NCBI GenBank assembly: GCA_964247055.1
Contig: OZ176051.1
Span: 13,888,001-13,952,000, forward strand
Source of the DNA: Paragordius varius
Taxonomy: Eukaryota > Animalia > Nematomorpha
Direction: 5' to 3'
Length of the DNA: 64,000 nt
The number at the start of each line of letters is the position of its first letter. The first letter of the stretch is position 1. The position numbers and the translations under genes were made by a program. Of this stretch, positions 28,072 to 41,699 are shown one piece after another. Below the pieces are notes generated by a model that saw only the letters and a program-made list of their open reading frames with translations, did not search any database and was not told the DNA's origin.

Positions 28072-29447
28072 AATTTAGGATGGATAAAAATATTGTTTGC
28101 CATATATGTGGACAATACACAAAAAAGCTAATAGTATAAACATTACCACTTACATAAAAAACTATTTTTTTATATTATGGGGAACCTAGATTTGGGCCCC
28201 GAACACCAATGCAACCCAAAGAAAAAGCGGCATAGGTGCATTGCGAACTTTTTCTCAACATTTTTTAGGAAATATAATAATAACAATTACCTGGAATTAG
28301 TTAATCGACTCTTTCTATAGGATGTGTATGTATGTTATAATACACCTGTTATTCATTTATATTTTTTTTTATCCAAAAATATAGGATGCCGCATGATCCA
28401 AAGCTACATATGGTATATTCCCATTGTGTTTTTATTAAAGACGCCAACAGAAATAGCCGATCAATTTTGAATCTTTCGAAAAAACTATCGAAATAATATA
28501 AATTTAATTTGCGATTATATATATATATATATATATAATAAATAAATTATTATTTTATTTTACTTTCATTTAAAATTGGCTCTCTCGTCCATACAAATCA
28601 TAAATAATAAGGGGCTGAGTGATGACCTTCGTAGACTCCGTGCTTTATTGAAAAGGGCTCTGATAAACTTGTGGAGTTTTAATCCTGGATGTGTGAGATT
28701 CTTACATTATTTGTAACAACTTGATATAACTTTCTGGAAACTTTTTACGATGGAGACTTCACCAAATAGATTATCTAGGAATCCTGTCAAAAGCCTCTTC
28801 CATTTCAATTAAAACCCCGTGTAACTCTTTCAATGAGAATTATATATTGAATTATACGCAAATCCTCATTTAATGCTTCAATTAATTAGAGTGAATATTA
28901 AATAAAGTGTATATTTTGGTCAAAAAGACACTAATCTATCTTGATTTTAAATGAAAGTAAAATATAATAATTTATTTATTATATATATATATATATATAA
29001 TCGCAAATTAAATTTATATTATTTCGATAGTTTTTTCGAAAGATTCAAAATTGATCGGCTATTTCTGTTGGCGTCTTTAATAAAAACACAATGGGAATTC
29101 ACCATATGTAGCTTTGGATCATGCGGCATCCTATATTTTTGGATAAAAAAGAATATAAATGTTTAAATAACAGGTGTATTATAACATACATACCGATCCT
29201 ATAGAAAGAGTCGATTAACTAATTCCAGGTAATTGTTATTATTAAATTTCCTAAAAAATTTTGAGAAAAAGTTCGCAATGCACCTATGCCGCTTTTTCTT
29301 TGGGTTGCATTGGTGTTCGGGGCCCAAATCTAGGTTGCCCATAATATAAAAAAATAGTTTTTTATGTAAGTGGTAATGTTTATACTATTAGCTTTTTTGT
29401 GTATTGTCCACATATATGGCAAACAATATTTTTATCCATCCTAAATT

Positions 29448-29490
<43 letters not shown>

Positions 29491-30119
29491 TTGGGTATTA
29501 TATTTTTTGTACATTTTGGATATTATAATATATTCTTGATGGAAAAGCTGATATAGAGTATATTTAGGTGTGGGAAATATTTAAAAATATCATATGAAAT
29601 AAAGAATATATTATATGCAGCTGAGTAAATTAAATCATTTTTTACATAAAAAAAACAGCAAAAAAGCTGTAAAAATTAAAGTCCACAAAGCTATTACACA
29701 ATGATATTTATAATTAAACAAACATTATTAACATCCAAGAACATAAAATAAAATGTGTTTTCATTTAATAAGATGATGAAAAATATTTGTGTCAAAAAAT
29801 GTTAACTTCCCCCGTTTTTGAGGGTTTTTGCCCCCTGTAACAAAAAGTATTGAATATTTTGAGTTAATTTTTTTTTATTTTAAAGATAAATTGGTGGTCT
29901 ATAATAAAATTTGTATTATAAGCCACATATTATTTGTTTACCTAGCGAAAAAGATTTACCAACGAAAAAATTTTGGATATGTCCAAATATGGAAAAAGTC
30001 CCATATCTCGAAAACGACCTGGGTAAGTAAAAATATTTTTTTTACAAATCTGATCAGAATTCTATAAGGAATCAAAAAATATTTAAAAATTTAGGTCCAG
30101 AAAAAGTTGTGTCACAGTG
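27393..30119. mobile_element. Fold-back element or long inverted duplication: ~1.18-kb arms, 367-bp loop
   Basis: 27393-28576 is the reverse complement of 28944-30119; outer ends CACTGTG...CACAGTG|TA; inner ~1.1 kb nearly identical. Confidence 0.92.
28590..28880 (-). pseudogene. RTE-type reverse transcriptase fragment forming the palindrome loop
   Basis: The minus strand reads LHGVLIEMEEAFDRIPR*SIW*SLHRKKFPESYIKLLQIM*E..RIKTP..GVYEG / SLSPLLFMICMD, paralleling 60660-60900 of the RTE element. Confidence 0.82.
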
Positions 30120-30289
30120 TAATGATATTAACCGTTCCATTCAATAATATTATAATAGATTAATATCTTGCACTTTTATGGTGATGATCCTTTTGGTTTA
30201 AATTTAATCATCAAACATTGTTCTCATTTAGTTAAAAAAGCTTATATTTTTTACTGTTTTATATATTCTAAAATCTTAAACTGACACAG

Positions 30290-30620
30290 CTCCAATATCA
30301 AGTTTTTGCTGGTAAAATGCAACCTGAAACGCTTACTTAAGTTAATTATTTACATTTTCCATCCATACTATAATTATATTTCCCTATTTTCTAGTGATTA
30401 AAAAAATTTGTAGAAAAAAATGGCGGCGAAAAAGTTTAAGATGAGGATTTAAATTTTACATTTTTTAGAATAAATTTGTATTATGCGCCTAAAAGGATAA
30501 AGAAAGCATATATTTAAATTCGGCCTAAAACCTTAAATACTTTTTAAGATATCATATCCCAAATTGCTCTGGGATACAAAACTCCCCCAAAAGGTCATAA
30601 CATGTTCATAAGGAAAAAGT
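30290..30620 (+). repeat. Dispersed repeat shared with ~55090-55400
   Basis: Shared blocks CTGGTAAAATG, AAAATGGCGGC(G/A)AAAAAGTT, ATGCGC(C/T)TAAAAGG, GGGATA..., GGTCATAA; family unidentified. Confidence 0.55.
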
Positions 30621-31157
30621 TTTGCTAAGACTATTTTTTTCAGATCATATACAGTTACAATCAAATATTTTTTGATTTATATATGCGCTAGGCTTACTTT
30701 CGCCAATGGACTGTGATGGTGGTAATCGGTTTTATAAATAAGTATCTTACAACGGAAACCAGAGAGAATCAAGTATTTATTTTCTAGCAAAACAAAGATA
30801 TATTAATAATTTGAGATGGGTACTTTGGACCATTGAATTGATGTGGATGTAAATACATGTTGTAGAATACAGATCATATGCAGTAAAAAATGATAAAATT
30901 GGGTTAATTAATATAAATTATGTTAGAGATATATGAAATTATATAAAAATATATGAAAAATGTTTATAAATAAGATGTGTGCTTTATATATATGACTCTA
31001 ACAAATAATATTAAAATGGATGGATACTGGATTAAGTAAAGACTATGTTATAAACATTTGCATGCAAAGATCATTTTGTGTGTTTTGGTTTATTTATATC
31101 AATCTATATTTTATGAAAAAATAATATCAAAGTATTTTCACTAAAAATAGTTTAAAA

Positions 31158-34100
31158 TCATGCCTTGCCCCTTACATATGTGGGCGAGGGTGAGTTCCTT
31201 CTATCTGCTATATGATGGCTATTTGATTGGTTCGAAATGGTGTCGTAAATATCAAGATTTGTTTTTGATTTGTGTGTTTGGGTAAATTTTGTATTTATAT
31301 GATTGTTGTAATATGAGCGATGTGTTAACATTTCGGATCGTTTTAGCTGAGTTTTACTTTTTACCAAAGAATTTGAATTGGACGTTGTTTGTGCAAAGTT
31401 AGTCGTACATAGTTTACCATTTATAAGGCATTTCGGATTTTTTGACGGTTTATTTGCCAGTTTTTGCAGAGCAAATTTCGCATTCTCATTCTTCGCATTG
31501 CAAATATTATAGAGTATTGTTGTTTTGTTTTCGACTAATTGTGGTAATAATTTAATATATTGTTGCTCACAAGATACGTAATCTAATCCCTTATCTAAGA
31601 TAGGCTCGTATGAATTAAACCCAAATATGTTTATATCAACATAGTTATTTATCGAAAGATGTTCAATTATATTGTCAATATCGGATATTTTTGGTGATAC
31701 TTTTTCCTTTTGAAGGATTAAACCATCGGATAAATAATTATTTTTAGCGGCGAGGTTAGGTATTAATTCATGTTTTACTATTTGAGAAGTTATTTGGGAG
31801 CAGTGGTTAAAACTTTTTATATCACACGTTTTGGTATAATTGCTGTCAGGTGCATTTAATATTTGAGTAGGCAATTCTGTTTGATTAGTATTATTACAAT
31901 CATTTTCGAAATTTATTTCGATTGTTTGAACCTCTAAAGGTTCTGACGGATCAGTTTCCCCTATATTATCGGTAACAACGTTGATGTATTCGGTATTTAT
32001 GGTTGATATTGTCGCATTACACAATAAATTGTTTGGAGTGCTGTCGTCAGCCTCATACAACCATTTATGGCTTAATGCTTGTTTTGCTGTCATTCTTTTT
32101 CTGAATTTATAAATTATTTTTGATATAAAGTGATGAACTTATAATTAACCATTAAATAATAATACGATTTGATCTTTTCCGAAAATTTCCTTTAATTTAT
32201 AAATAAATTGTATATTCCTAAAATAAATTTAATAAAAATTGGCACAACTTAATATGTTAGGCCTCTTGGTATCTATTAATGAAATTTTTTTGCACGGATA
32301 CACGTTTTGATTACCCAAAATCCAAATTTAATAAATCTAGATTAAGAGAATTAACACTATAATCTTAAAGTTAAGGATTAAATGTAAAAAAAGTATACTT
32401 TGGATGCAGGACACACAATTTGCTAATAAAGTCAATAGCTTGAGGTGATATATCATCAAACAATTCTGCAGGGAAATCTAGGTTACCCATCGTTATGTTG
32501 AGATATGTTTCCTGTACATTTTCGATACCTGAACTTTTAACTAAGTTATTTGGCTTTGAAGATTTAGTAATATCTTCCAAAGAACTCCTGCCATTTTTAG
32601 CATTCACTGATGATACCTTTGAATTATCTGATGAGGACCCACTACATGACGAGGTTGAAGAAAAGGGAGAATGTCCCGTAAGAATAACGTATGTTAACAC
32701 ACCCAGACTCCACATATCTGTTTGCGTACTGAGCGCATCGTAATTCAGTACTTCGGGTGCTAATACATAATATACATATATATATATATATGTATATATA
32801 TAACAGGGGTAGTCATAAGTTACCGGTTGTACTAAAAGAATACATTAACGAAAAGTAGGCAGACGATTAATTTGCAGACCCCATTTAATTCATCTGACAT
32901 TAAACGACAAACACACACACACACACAGGCGTCTTATTTTTATAATTCAGTAATCATGTCGATGTGCTTGAATAAACATTTGTGGCAGTTGCTATCGAAT
33001 CAATAAAGCCGTTGAAAGTCATCGTTTGCTGAACGAAACATATGGTGAACATGCTCTATCAATTGACACGTGTGAAACAATGTTTCGAAATATTAAAAGT
33101 TGTGATTCAGAAAGAGTATGTCTTTGCTGCGAAGCTAAAGTGCAAGAGTTATTGGATGATGAATCAACTCAAACGTAACAACATTTGCCAGAAGTATTAT
33201 ATGTATAGAAAAATAATCAATAGATGCCTATGAGCAATGCCAAAGACCAAAAAAAGGTAAATAAGTGTCACATAATTCGTATGAACCAATTCAAAATCGC
33301 AAAGTTTGTGAACTCTTGCTCGTCCGAAAAAAATTTCGCATCGTGGCGGGTGAAAAGAAATGGCTATAAAGCGAAACGTAGTTTTCGCCAAGCCAGTTAA
33401 TCAACACCGATGCTAAATCACCTCTGCAGTGAGCTATGTTGTGTGTTTATGTGTATTATCAGCTCTTAGAATCCGGCGAAACCGTCAAAGGCTATTGCCA
33501 ACAAATGATTGATTTGAACTGAATAATTGAAAAAGACCAAATATGGCTAGATGACATGGTACAGAGTGTTACATGACAATGCTCCGTCACTCACACCAAA
33601 ACCATTGAAAGACTTGAGATCGTTTCAATGGGAAATTCTTTTGCAGCTACTAAACTATGTTAAAACGCCATCTGACTATAAATCTTCGCATCGATAGAAT
33701 ATACCCTCGCAAAGCAGTACTTCAATATCGAGACGTTGAACGGCTTGACGGATGGTTTTCCGCAAAAGACCAGTTTTTTCTGTAATTCATACAATACTTA
33801 AGACAAGGGCATAGAGTGTAGAAGCTAGCTGATGTACAATTTTTGAAATATAAATAATCGATATCCATTCAAAATTACAAGTTTTTTCCAGGTAAAAACT
33901 TGTGACTACACCAGATATAAATTATTGTTTATATTAAAAAACGCAAAGATATATTTTTACTAGTAACGGTATATACTTTGCATCATACCCAAAGATTGTA
34001 ATTTATTTTATGCGGTCACTTCAACTCAAGCACTAATGATACATTACCCTGCCTAACTTGTAGCATTTTTTTTAGAAAATATTCACGTCGTAAGAAAATA

Positions 34101-37100
34101 AATATTTCACAATCAAAAACATTAAAGAAAGATTCAGAAATATTTTATAGTACACGGTTTTTACCACAATATAGCAGTTTTCGCGATTATTTAATGTTAA
34201 CTCATAAGTAATGGTTGATAAAATATCTAAATTTTTAAAATCCAACTTTTTTTTGTGAACAAAAATAGGTTTGACTGTATGCTCCTATATATTAGTATTA
34301 CTTATTTATCTTTATGATATGATTAGTTAGGTTCATCAAACCATTTTTCTTAATCTAATCGCAGAGATTGAGATTTATTCTTATGTTATTATAAGATTTC
34401 TATTTGATTGATATTATTAAGGAGCCTATTTGACTAAATGTTAAATTATTATTAACTTTAATCCCTGAAAATATTATATTATCCTTAAAGTTATAGATTG
34501 ATTTGACATGTTTTTTGTGTGTGTTGGTTAAGCAGTAGAGAGGAGAACAAAACTCCAATTACTATTGCAGAAAAAAATAGATAAAATCGTAAAAAAATAA
34601 GTAATCTTTTCTAATCTATGGCATATTGTATCGATAATGTGCAGAACAGTTTTCCAATTTAGTACACCGCATGTGATTGATTTAAACCACAGAACTTACA
34701 ATATCAAGATTGATTTTAATTAATTAATATTTTTTATATACTGTGCACGGATAGATGTTATATTTGCAAATTTCCAATTTTAAATTAGTAATCCTAAGAA
34801 AGTTTTATCATATATATACATATATATATATATAGATAGATAAGGCTCAACATTTTTTATGGTAAAAAACGATATTAAACACATATTAAAATAAACTTAC
34901 CAACATAATCTGGAGTTCCGACCATTTCCCTAAAATCCATGGTTGAGCTTATAATGCGAGAAAGGCCAAAATCACAGAGTTTTACATTACCGTGGGGCAA
35001 GGGTGCAGTCAACAGAATGTTTGATGGCTAAGATATAAGCATTTAAATTTATAAAAACACCCATTTTAGGGGAGGAGGGGGTAGTTTGTAGAAATTTCCG
35101 TATAAAATATTTACACGCAAAATTCAAAAGTAAATGGAAACTATGTTATTAAAAAACACAATTTGCAACCTTAATATCCAAATGAACGATACTCAAATGG
35201 TGGAGATAGTCTAAGGCTTCAACCACTTGTTTAACAATGCGTTTCGAGGTCCATTCTTGGACAAGACCTCCTTCACATTGAGATGATGGTATAATTGTCG
35301 TTACAGAGGTATTTTCAGTCTTCTGAAAAGTATTCAAATCTGTACTTTTTTTCTTCTCTTGATTTATCTTATTTTCGCTGAGTACATCACTGAGAGATGT
35401 GAGATTATTTTGTATTAATTCACCACCCTTTGCGCTAAATTGTAAAAAAAATGTTTTATAAATCATTTTCAACCTAAAAAAATTTAAAAGTATCAATTAT
35501 TGTTAGATATGTAGGCGATGGATTTTTAATAATACGGTATAATTTAAATAAATGTTTTTCGCTAGATAAACATTATTTCCATATATTTTGAATAAATTAA
35601 AATCGTTCACCCTAAGAACTTCGGAAAAAATAACAAAAAATAATAGAAAAATTAATATGCTATATAATTTATTTTATAAGGTATAAGCATGTCAATTTAC
35701 ATTTTTTAAAATCATGCATAAAATTATACAAATGTATCCTTTATCCATATCCGATATGGTGTTGTCCCATATATATGCGACAGTAGCCTATTTAATTTTA
35801 GTTTTTTTTATTAACCTTTGTTTTTTTTATAATAAGGCAAAAAATTATACACAATGTTTAATGGCCTAATTATGCAGAGTGTAATTTTTTTTCCAAAAAA
35901 AATTAAAAAAAAAGTAGTCCGTCTACCGCGCATGCAAGTTTTACCTGTATACATTTTTATAAAAAAAAGAATTTGTTTTATACACAAAGTTTATTCATTT
36001 AATCGGGGCATTTTTCATGAAATAAAGAATGTCTCATTGGAGAGTCTTTCAAAAATTTTTGTTTATATGCTATGATAGGTGTAGGCTTAAAGATTATATA
36101 ATCTTTTACCAAGCGAACAATTAACATTTCTCTCTGTAAAAAAACCTTCAAAAAAATAAAATATGTAAAATGTTTTACTATTCCATAATAAGGATAATAT
36201 CTTGTGTCGTTTCATAGCAGGAATACAGACTTATGAAGCGTTCATGACCAGATAACATACAATGTATACGTATTTCATTGTCTACGGTGGCTTTGAAAAA
36301 GGCTTTCCCTCGCCTTCGTTTTCGGACAAATTTGGCAGCAAACTCTTGACCAGTTGCAATGTTTTGACACAACTTAACTACGGCAAAATGACCACTAAAA
36401 ATTATTAAACAAAATAATTTAATTTATAAAGATATAATTATAAAAAGTGTATTTATCAAAAAATATGGAAATATATTGCTAAATTAATGGTATTTCAGCG
36501 TATATTGATTTTCTATACGTAAAAAACAACACATTTAAGGTGTAACGCTATATTTTTCATTATTATTGTAAGGTATGTGAAATAATGAGATTTTCCCTTT
36601 TAAAAAATAATAAGTTGCAGCATTCAAAATATTTTGTGAAAATGTCCAAAGCACAATTTTATATAATATATTAAAATTATTACAATATTATATGTAATAT
36701 ATAACAGGTGTTGCACATATTTTAGTTAAACTTTATCTCTCTTATATAACGGTTGACCCAATATTTTTGCAAAGATTTTGACCATTCTGGATATTATTCT
36801 TTTAAAAATGAAGGCTGCAAATTAAAATTTGTTTGAGTTTAAATAATATAATAAAATTTTAATGCGTTTTTAAACTTCGAAATCCCGTTTGTGGAATTAT
36901 AACCTAGGATGTAATCTTATTTTGCAAAATATTCAGTTTGACATATAATGTATTTGATTCTTCATTTTTCATTCTCTAATTAAAAATCAATGGAAAAATT
37001 TATGATGTTTTGATAAACTAACTACTCAGTTATTACTTATAATTAATTACGAATAAATAAATATATATATCGAAAAGAGTGTGTTTTCGTCAATAAAATA

Positions 37101-39361
37101 AAACGGTATTAAATTTTAATGAGATGAAAAAAATGTGTATATCGACAAAAATATTTGACATTGAACTTTACATAACTATGTAAACACAAAAATATTACAT
37201 TGTATCAGTTTTAATGTAACCCAATGTTGTCGAATCGAAAAGATATTCGATACCACATATTTATTATCATGGAATAATTATATTTTTTAAAATATACTGT
37301 AAAAATTGAAATTATGTGGACAAAACGTAAAAATATAGAGACAAATATTTTTTTCTAAAAGAAGACAAATATACTTTTAAAAACCTTAATATTTTCCATA
37401 TAAGCTACTTAGTTACCATTGTAAAATATAGAATTGATTGTGTTAGTTATATATATCTCTATTTCTCACTTTGCCATTTAAAACAAGGAGTTATATTGCA
37501 ATAAATCAAGATTTAAAAAGTATGGTTGTCTTTAAATAAAAATCTTTGTCGCTATATTTTACGTTTTGACCGTATAATTTCAGTTTTTACTCTATTTACA
37601 GTGCCTGATCTAATCAAATCAATATTAATTTTAATAATTTGTTGAAACTTTCTATATGACTTGAATATTTATTTAAATTTTTATCACCAATTCATAAAAA
37701 AGGTTATTATTTATACAAGGATCTGATATTTAAAATACCTACTACAAGATATATATATATATATATATAAATTTAGTATAGTTTTAAATAGGATTGATGG
37801 AAATTTTGCGCTAACTATATTAAATTAAGGCGTTTTTCAACATGTATTGTGAAAAAATTAGTAGTATAATATAAATTAAATTTAACAATTTTACATAATC
37901 ATTTATTGACATTATAAATGTGTGTATACTTAACCCAATTTACGTCAATTGTGTGTTCTTGAATTTTTTAAAAGGTGGCATAATATTTTTTTAACAATAT
38001 ATAAATATTTTTGCTGATTCATTGCTATTAAATTATTTTGATTGTAATGATATTATATGTTTAAAAAACGGTAATATATTAAAATCTTTTAAACAAATAA
38101 CTTGGTAATCCATAAAGCAAACTGTTTGCAAACTTATTTAACATATTATCGCTTCAATAATAGAGAAGAGAGTCAAGTAGTATTTTAATAATTATATGTT
38201 TAAAATTATAAAATAATATCAAAAACTATTAAATATTAGTATAATTATAAAAAATTTAACTGGCTGACATAGTAAGATAATGATAAAATTTTCACGAGTA
38301 TACATTTTTAGAGTAATTGAAAATGATATTATTATCATTCTTGTAGGCTTTTGAAAGGATGAACGAACACATACATGTATAAAAAATGTTAGGAATTTAA
38401 AATATTTAGGTATTCTATATATCTCGAGATTAGATATTATTGTAAGTAATCAATAACTACTATAAAGTTCATGAATTTCAATCAACGTAGACTAGCAGTT
38501 TATTCATTCTAAGTTAGTTAGTAAAAATATTAACGATTTATCAACAATTTTTTATTTTTGTTCTTAAAACTGTATAGAAATTTACTATGCAGCATTTCAA
38601 TTTCATATCTAATCAAAATCAACATAAATTGAAGAATATATATATATATATATATATTATGTGGGCTTCCACTCATGCGTATTTCTCGGTTAAAATTTTC
38701 CCCTAGCAAATTGACAAACAGAAAAATGGGTCCATTATTATCAAAAAGTGTCAATTTTTTTAAAAAAAATATTATTAAAATCTCTTGCTTTCACATGCGG
38801 TTTTTAGACATCAAATTTCAAATCATAAACTCCAATATTGTTTCCGGAAAAAATGATTGGGCTTAATAAAGTTTTAAAATTTAAACCAAGCTTTCGGATA
38901 AATTATAAAAATATTGTTAGAAGTTGCACAGCCATTTATAGACATTTAGTGTATTGATTGCTGTAATTAAAGCATATTAAAACTATTTTAAGCATAGTCC
39001 ATATCATTTTTTTACAACTACTGTTATTCAGCTGTTTGGTGGATATTTTGTTGTTTTTTTGAATTTATCTCTCTTGTACGGCATTTAGCCCTATTTGCTT
39101 TTGCAATTTTGAAAATAGCCCACAACTAAATATTCATCCATTGCGTCTCTTAGAACCCCCCAAGATTCAAAATATATATATATATAATTGCCGTTTAGCA
39201 TATAAATTAAATTACCTAGCAATTTCTTTTCCAATCGTGAAATCCTTCTCAAAGCCATCCTTGTAATTTACATTTACATTGCATGGTGATAGGTTAGTTT
39301 CAGATGTTTTTGTTGATAAAGTGTTTGTGTGGCAGCCCGGGCTCCACAGCTCAAATGTCAT
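31158..39361 (-). CDS. Drak: DAPK-family Ser/Thr kinase, DRAK/STK17-like, about 685 aa, 6 coding exons
   Basis: Exons: 39361-39216, 36394-36179, 35434-35170, 35027-34901, 32759-32399, 32100-31158 (2058 nt, GT-AG, phases consistent). Motifs: EIASGHFAVVKLC, FAAKF, DAPK basic loop VRKRRRGK, NEI, HLDIKPSNILL, KLCDFGLSR, GTPDYVAPEVL, DMWSLGVLTYVILTGHSPF, QETYLNIT, RMTAKQALSHKWL. The start codon is uncertain because an acceptor-like AG lies about 40 nt upstream. Confidence 0.9.
32803..33915 (+). mobile_element. Mariner (Mos1/mauritiana-like) transposon relic in kinase intron 4
   Basis: TA-flanked TIRs ACAGGGGTAGTCATAAGTT / AACTTGTGACTACACCAGA. Decayed transposase fragments AVESHRLLNETYGEHALSIDTCE, VQELLDDESTQT, FRIVAGEKKW, VYYQLLESGETV, HDNAPS, PSDY. 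Confidence 0.88.
37297..37592. mobile_element. MITE family A copy (kinase intron 1)
   Basis: Same TIRs, slightly degenerate ends. Confidence 0.85.
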
Positions 39362-39893
39362 AGTAATGATAAAATTAGGGCGATATGTTCTGAAATCGTT
39401 CTAAAATTTTATGTGGTGTGGAAGGAATTAAAAGATAAATATAAAATACTAAAAAAACGGTTATATTTTGTTTGTAATTTGGTGGATAAGGTAGTATTAA
39501 AATTTATATTTTCTCTAACGCTTTACACATATAATTAATTACTATTTGATTTTTGCTACTTTGTCATTTGAGCAAACATTATGCGTGCTATGGTTTTTGT
39601 TGTCTAAAATTGTCAACTGCTGTTTATTATTAGATGATAATAATAATAATAAGCCATAAAAATAAAAGTGTTTATGCTACCAAATAATTATAACAAGTTT
39701 AATTGATTACTATTTTACTATTTCGAATTTTTGTAAAAAGTTATTTTAGAATATTGTGTAACCAATTATCTGAAATAACATTAAGTAACTTTTGCTATAG
39801 AGGGATAGTTTTAAAATCTTCCTCCCTTCAATTTATAACGGTTTTTGCGACGGATGTGAGATTTTACTGGTACAAAACAATTTCATTTATATA

Positions 39894-40147
39894 CCATTTA
39901 CAGTTCAAATTTCATTTGGAAAATTAAATTAACCCCTGAACAATTCAAATTCACCCCAAAAATAAATCATGTGTTTTCAGGCTAATGTAACTCATTATTA
40001 CGATGAATTATATCTATAGCATAGTTTATTATTTTTTTATTATATTAATTTAATTTAAAACAAAATTTAGGTATTTTAATCATATAAAGCTTATAATTTA
40101 TTTGAGGGTGTTTGATTTGTTTAAGGGTGAATTTGAAACGTAAATGG
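39894..40147. mobile_element. MITE family E copy
   Basis: TACCATTTACAG...GTAAATGGTA. Confidence 0.8.
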
Positions 40148-41667
40148 TATTTTCATTGTTAACTTTTTGCAAAAGTGATAAAGTTAAATTTATGTATGTA
40201 GCGTTTAAGAAAACGGGAAAAATCCCTTGTTTAAAAATTTAAAATTTATATATAATCGGAAATTCTAACAATTAAAAAATAGGTAATATCCGTTTTTCTC
40301 TTTAAATATACGTTAAATAAGTTGGTCAAGCATTTGAAATGCTTTTTCCGATGCATATACATACTGCATACTAAAATGACGAAATAATTTATCAATTTTA
40401 TTTGTTAATTTTATTTTTCTAATTTTTTTTGTTAATTTTTTTTTAAAAAAAATATATTATAAAAGTTGATGATGATGACATATATAGATAATAAAAATTA
40501 TAATTTCACTAGAAATTACAATAATTCCTTGCTTTTTTCGTTAGAACTTTCACTACAAATCTTAAAATTATTAATTTTAGCATAAAAGACAAATTTTAAA
40601 GGTTAAAATTTTTTATATTTCCAGGATATAATTATATAAATATATATATCTATATAGATATATTCAAAAAATGTAATGAACTGTAAGAATTACATATCTT
40701 AAACAAATTAATTGTATATTTTTAACTATAATTATAAAATGTTTTAAAATATATGTATATGTATTGTATGTATGTTTGAATTTATATATAATAATTTTAA
40801 ATTAGAACCTGGTCAGAAATCGGATTTTAAATCTCACCAATGCTTAAATTGAAAAATGATGGAAAAAATTAAGAAAAAATTGCAATTATCAGAAAAAAAT
40901 CAAAACCATAAAGAATTATATTGTTTAAAGGTTATAATAATATGAAAGATTTGTACTTTTTGCAATTTAATATATTTATAGCTATAGTAAAAAACTAATT
41001 GATTGAACTTGTTTTTTCCAAACTAAACCGAAAACGTGATCGGACAAAAGAAAAAATAAAATTTAAAAAGATTATTTGCAATAATATAAATATGTCATGG
41101 TCATACCATATTAATTTAATTCGTGATTTTTTAAAAAAATATATAAAAATCCAAATATATCTATAATAAAATATTTTTTTAAAAAATAATTTTAATTTTA
41201 GCACAAAAGTGTTAATCCTATTGATGATTATATTAATACGTTACCTATATATATATATATATATATATATATACTCATATATTGCGGTTTATATTAATTT
41301 TTAATAAAGAAAATTTTTTTATTGGCGGATTAATTTGTCTTTAATATAAAATTTTTTAAAAATACAACAGGTAAAGGTAAAAGGTAAGCAAATAATGTAT
41401 GTAATATAAATTTTAAAAAACGACGATAATTTTGCTAGAAATATAAAGAAATATTGCTGTTAATGTAATCCAATCTATTTAACCTTTACAGAGTTAGGTT
41501 ATTTTTTAAAATAAATTAAATTTTAAATAATTTTAAAATAAAGAAATTAAAATAATAATAAAAAACGGGAATTTTTCTTTTTTACCTTAATAAGATTGTT
41601 GTAATATGTCAATTTTTTTGTCTAGGTTGGTAATTAATTCCATTTTTTTTAATTTATAATTACTTAG

Positions 41668-41699
<32 letters not shown>

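Noticed and set aside
27456-30067. Duplicated 79-aa ORFs (27456-27695 minus; 29828-30067 plus) as a gene pair
   Set aside because: They are mirror images within the palindrome's TIR-like sequence, with no recognisable domain or splice context.
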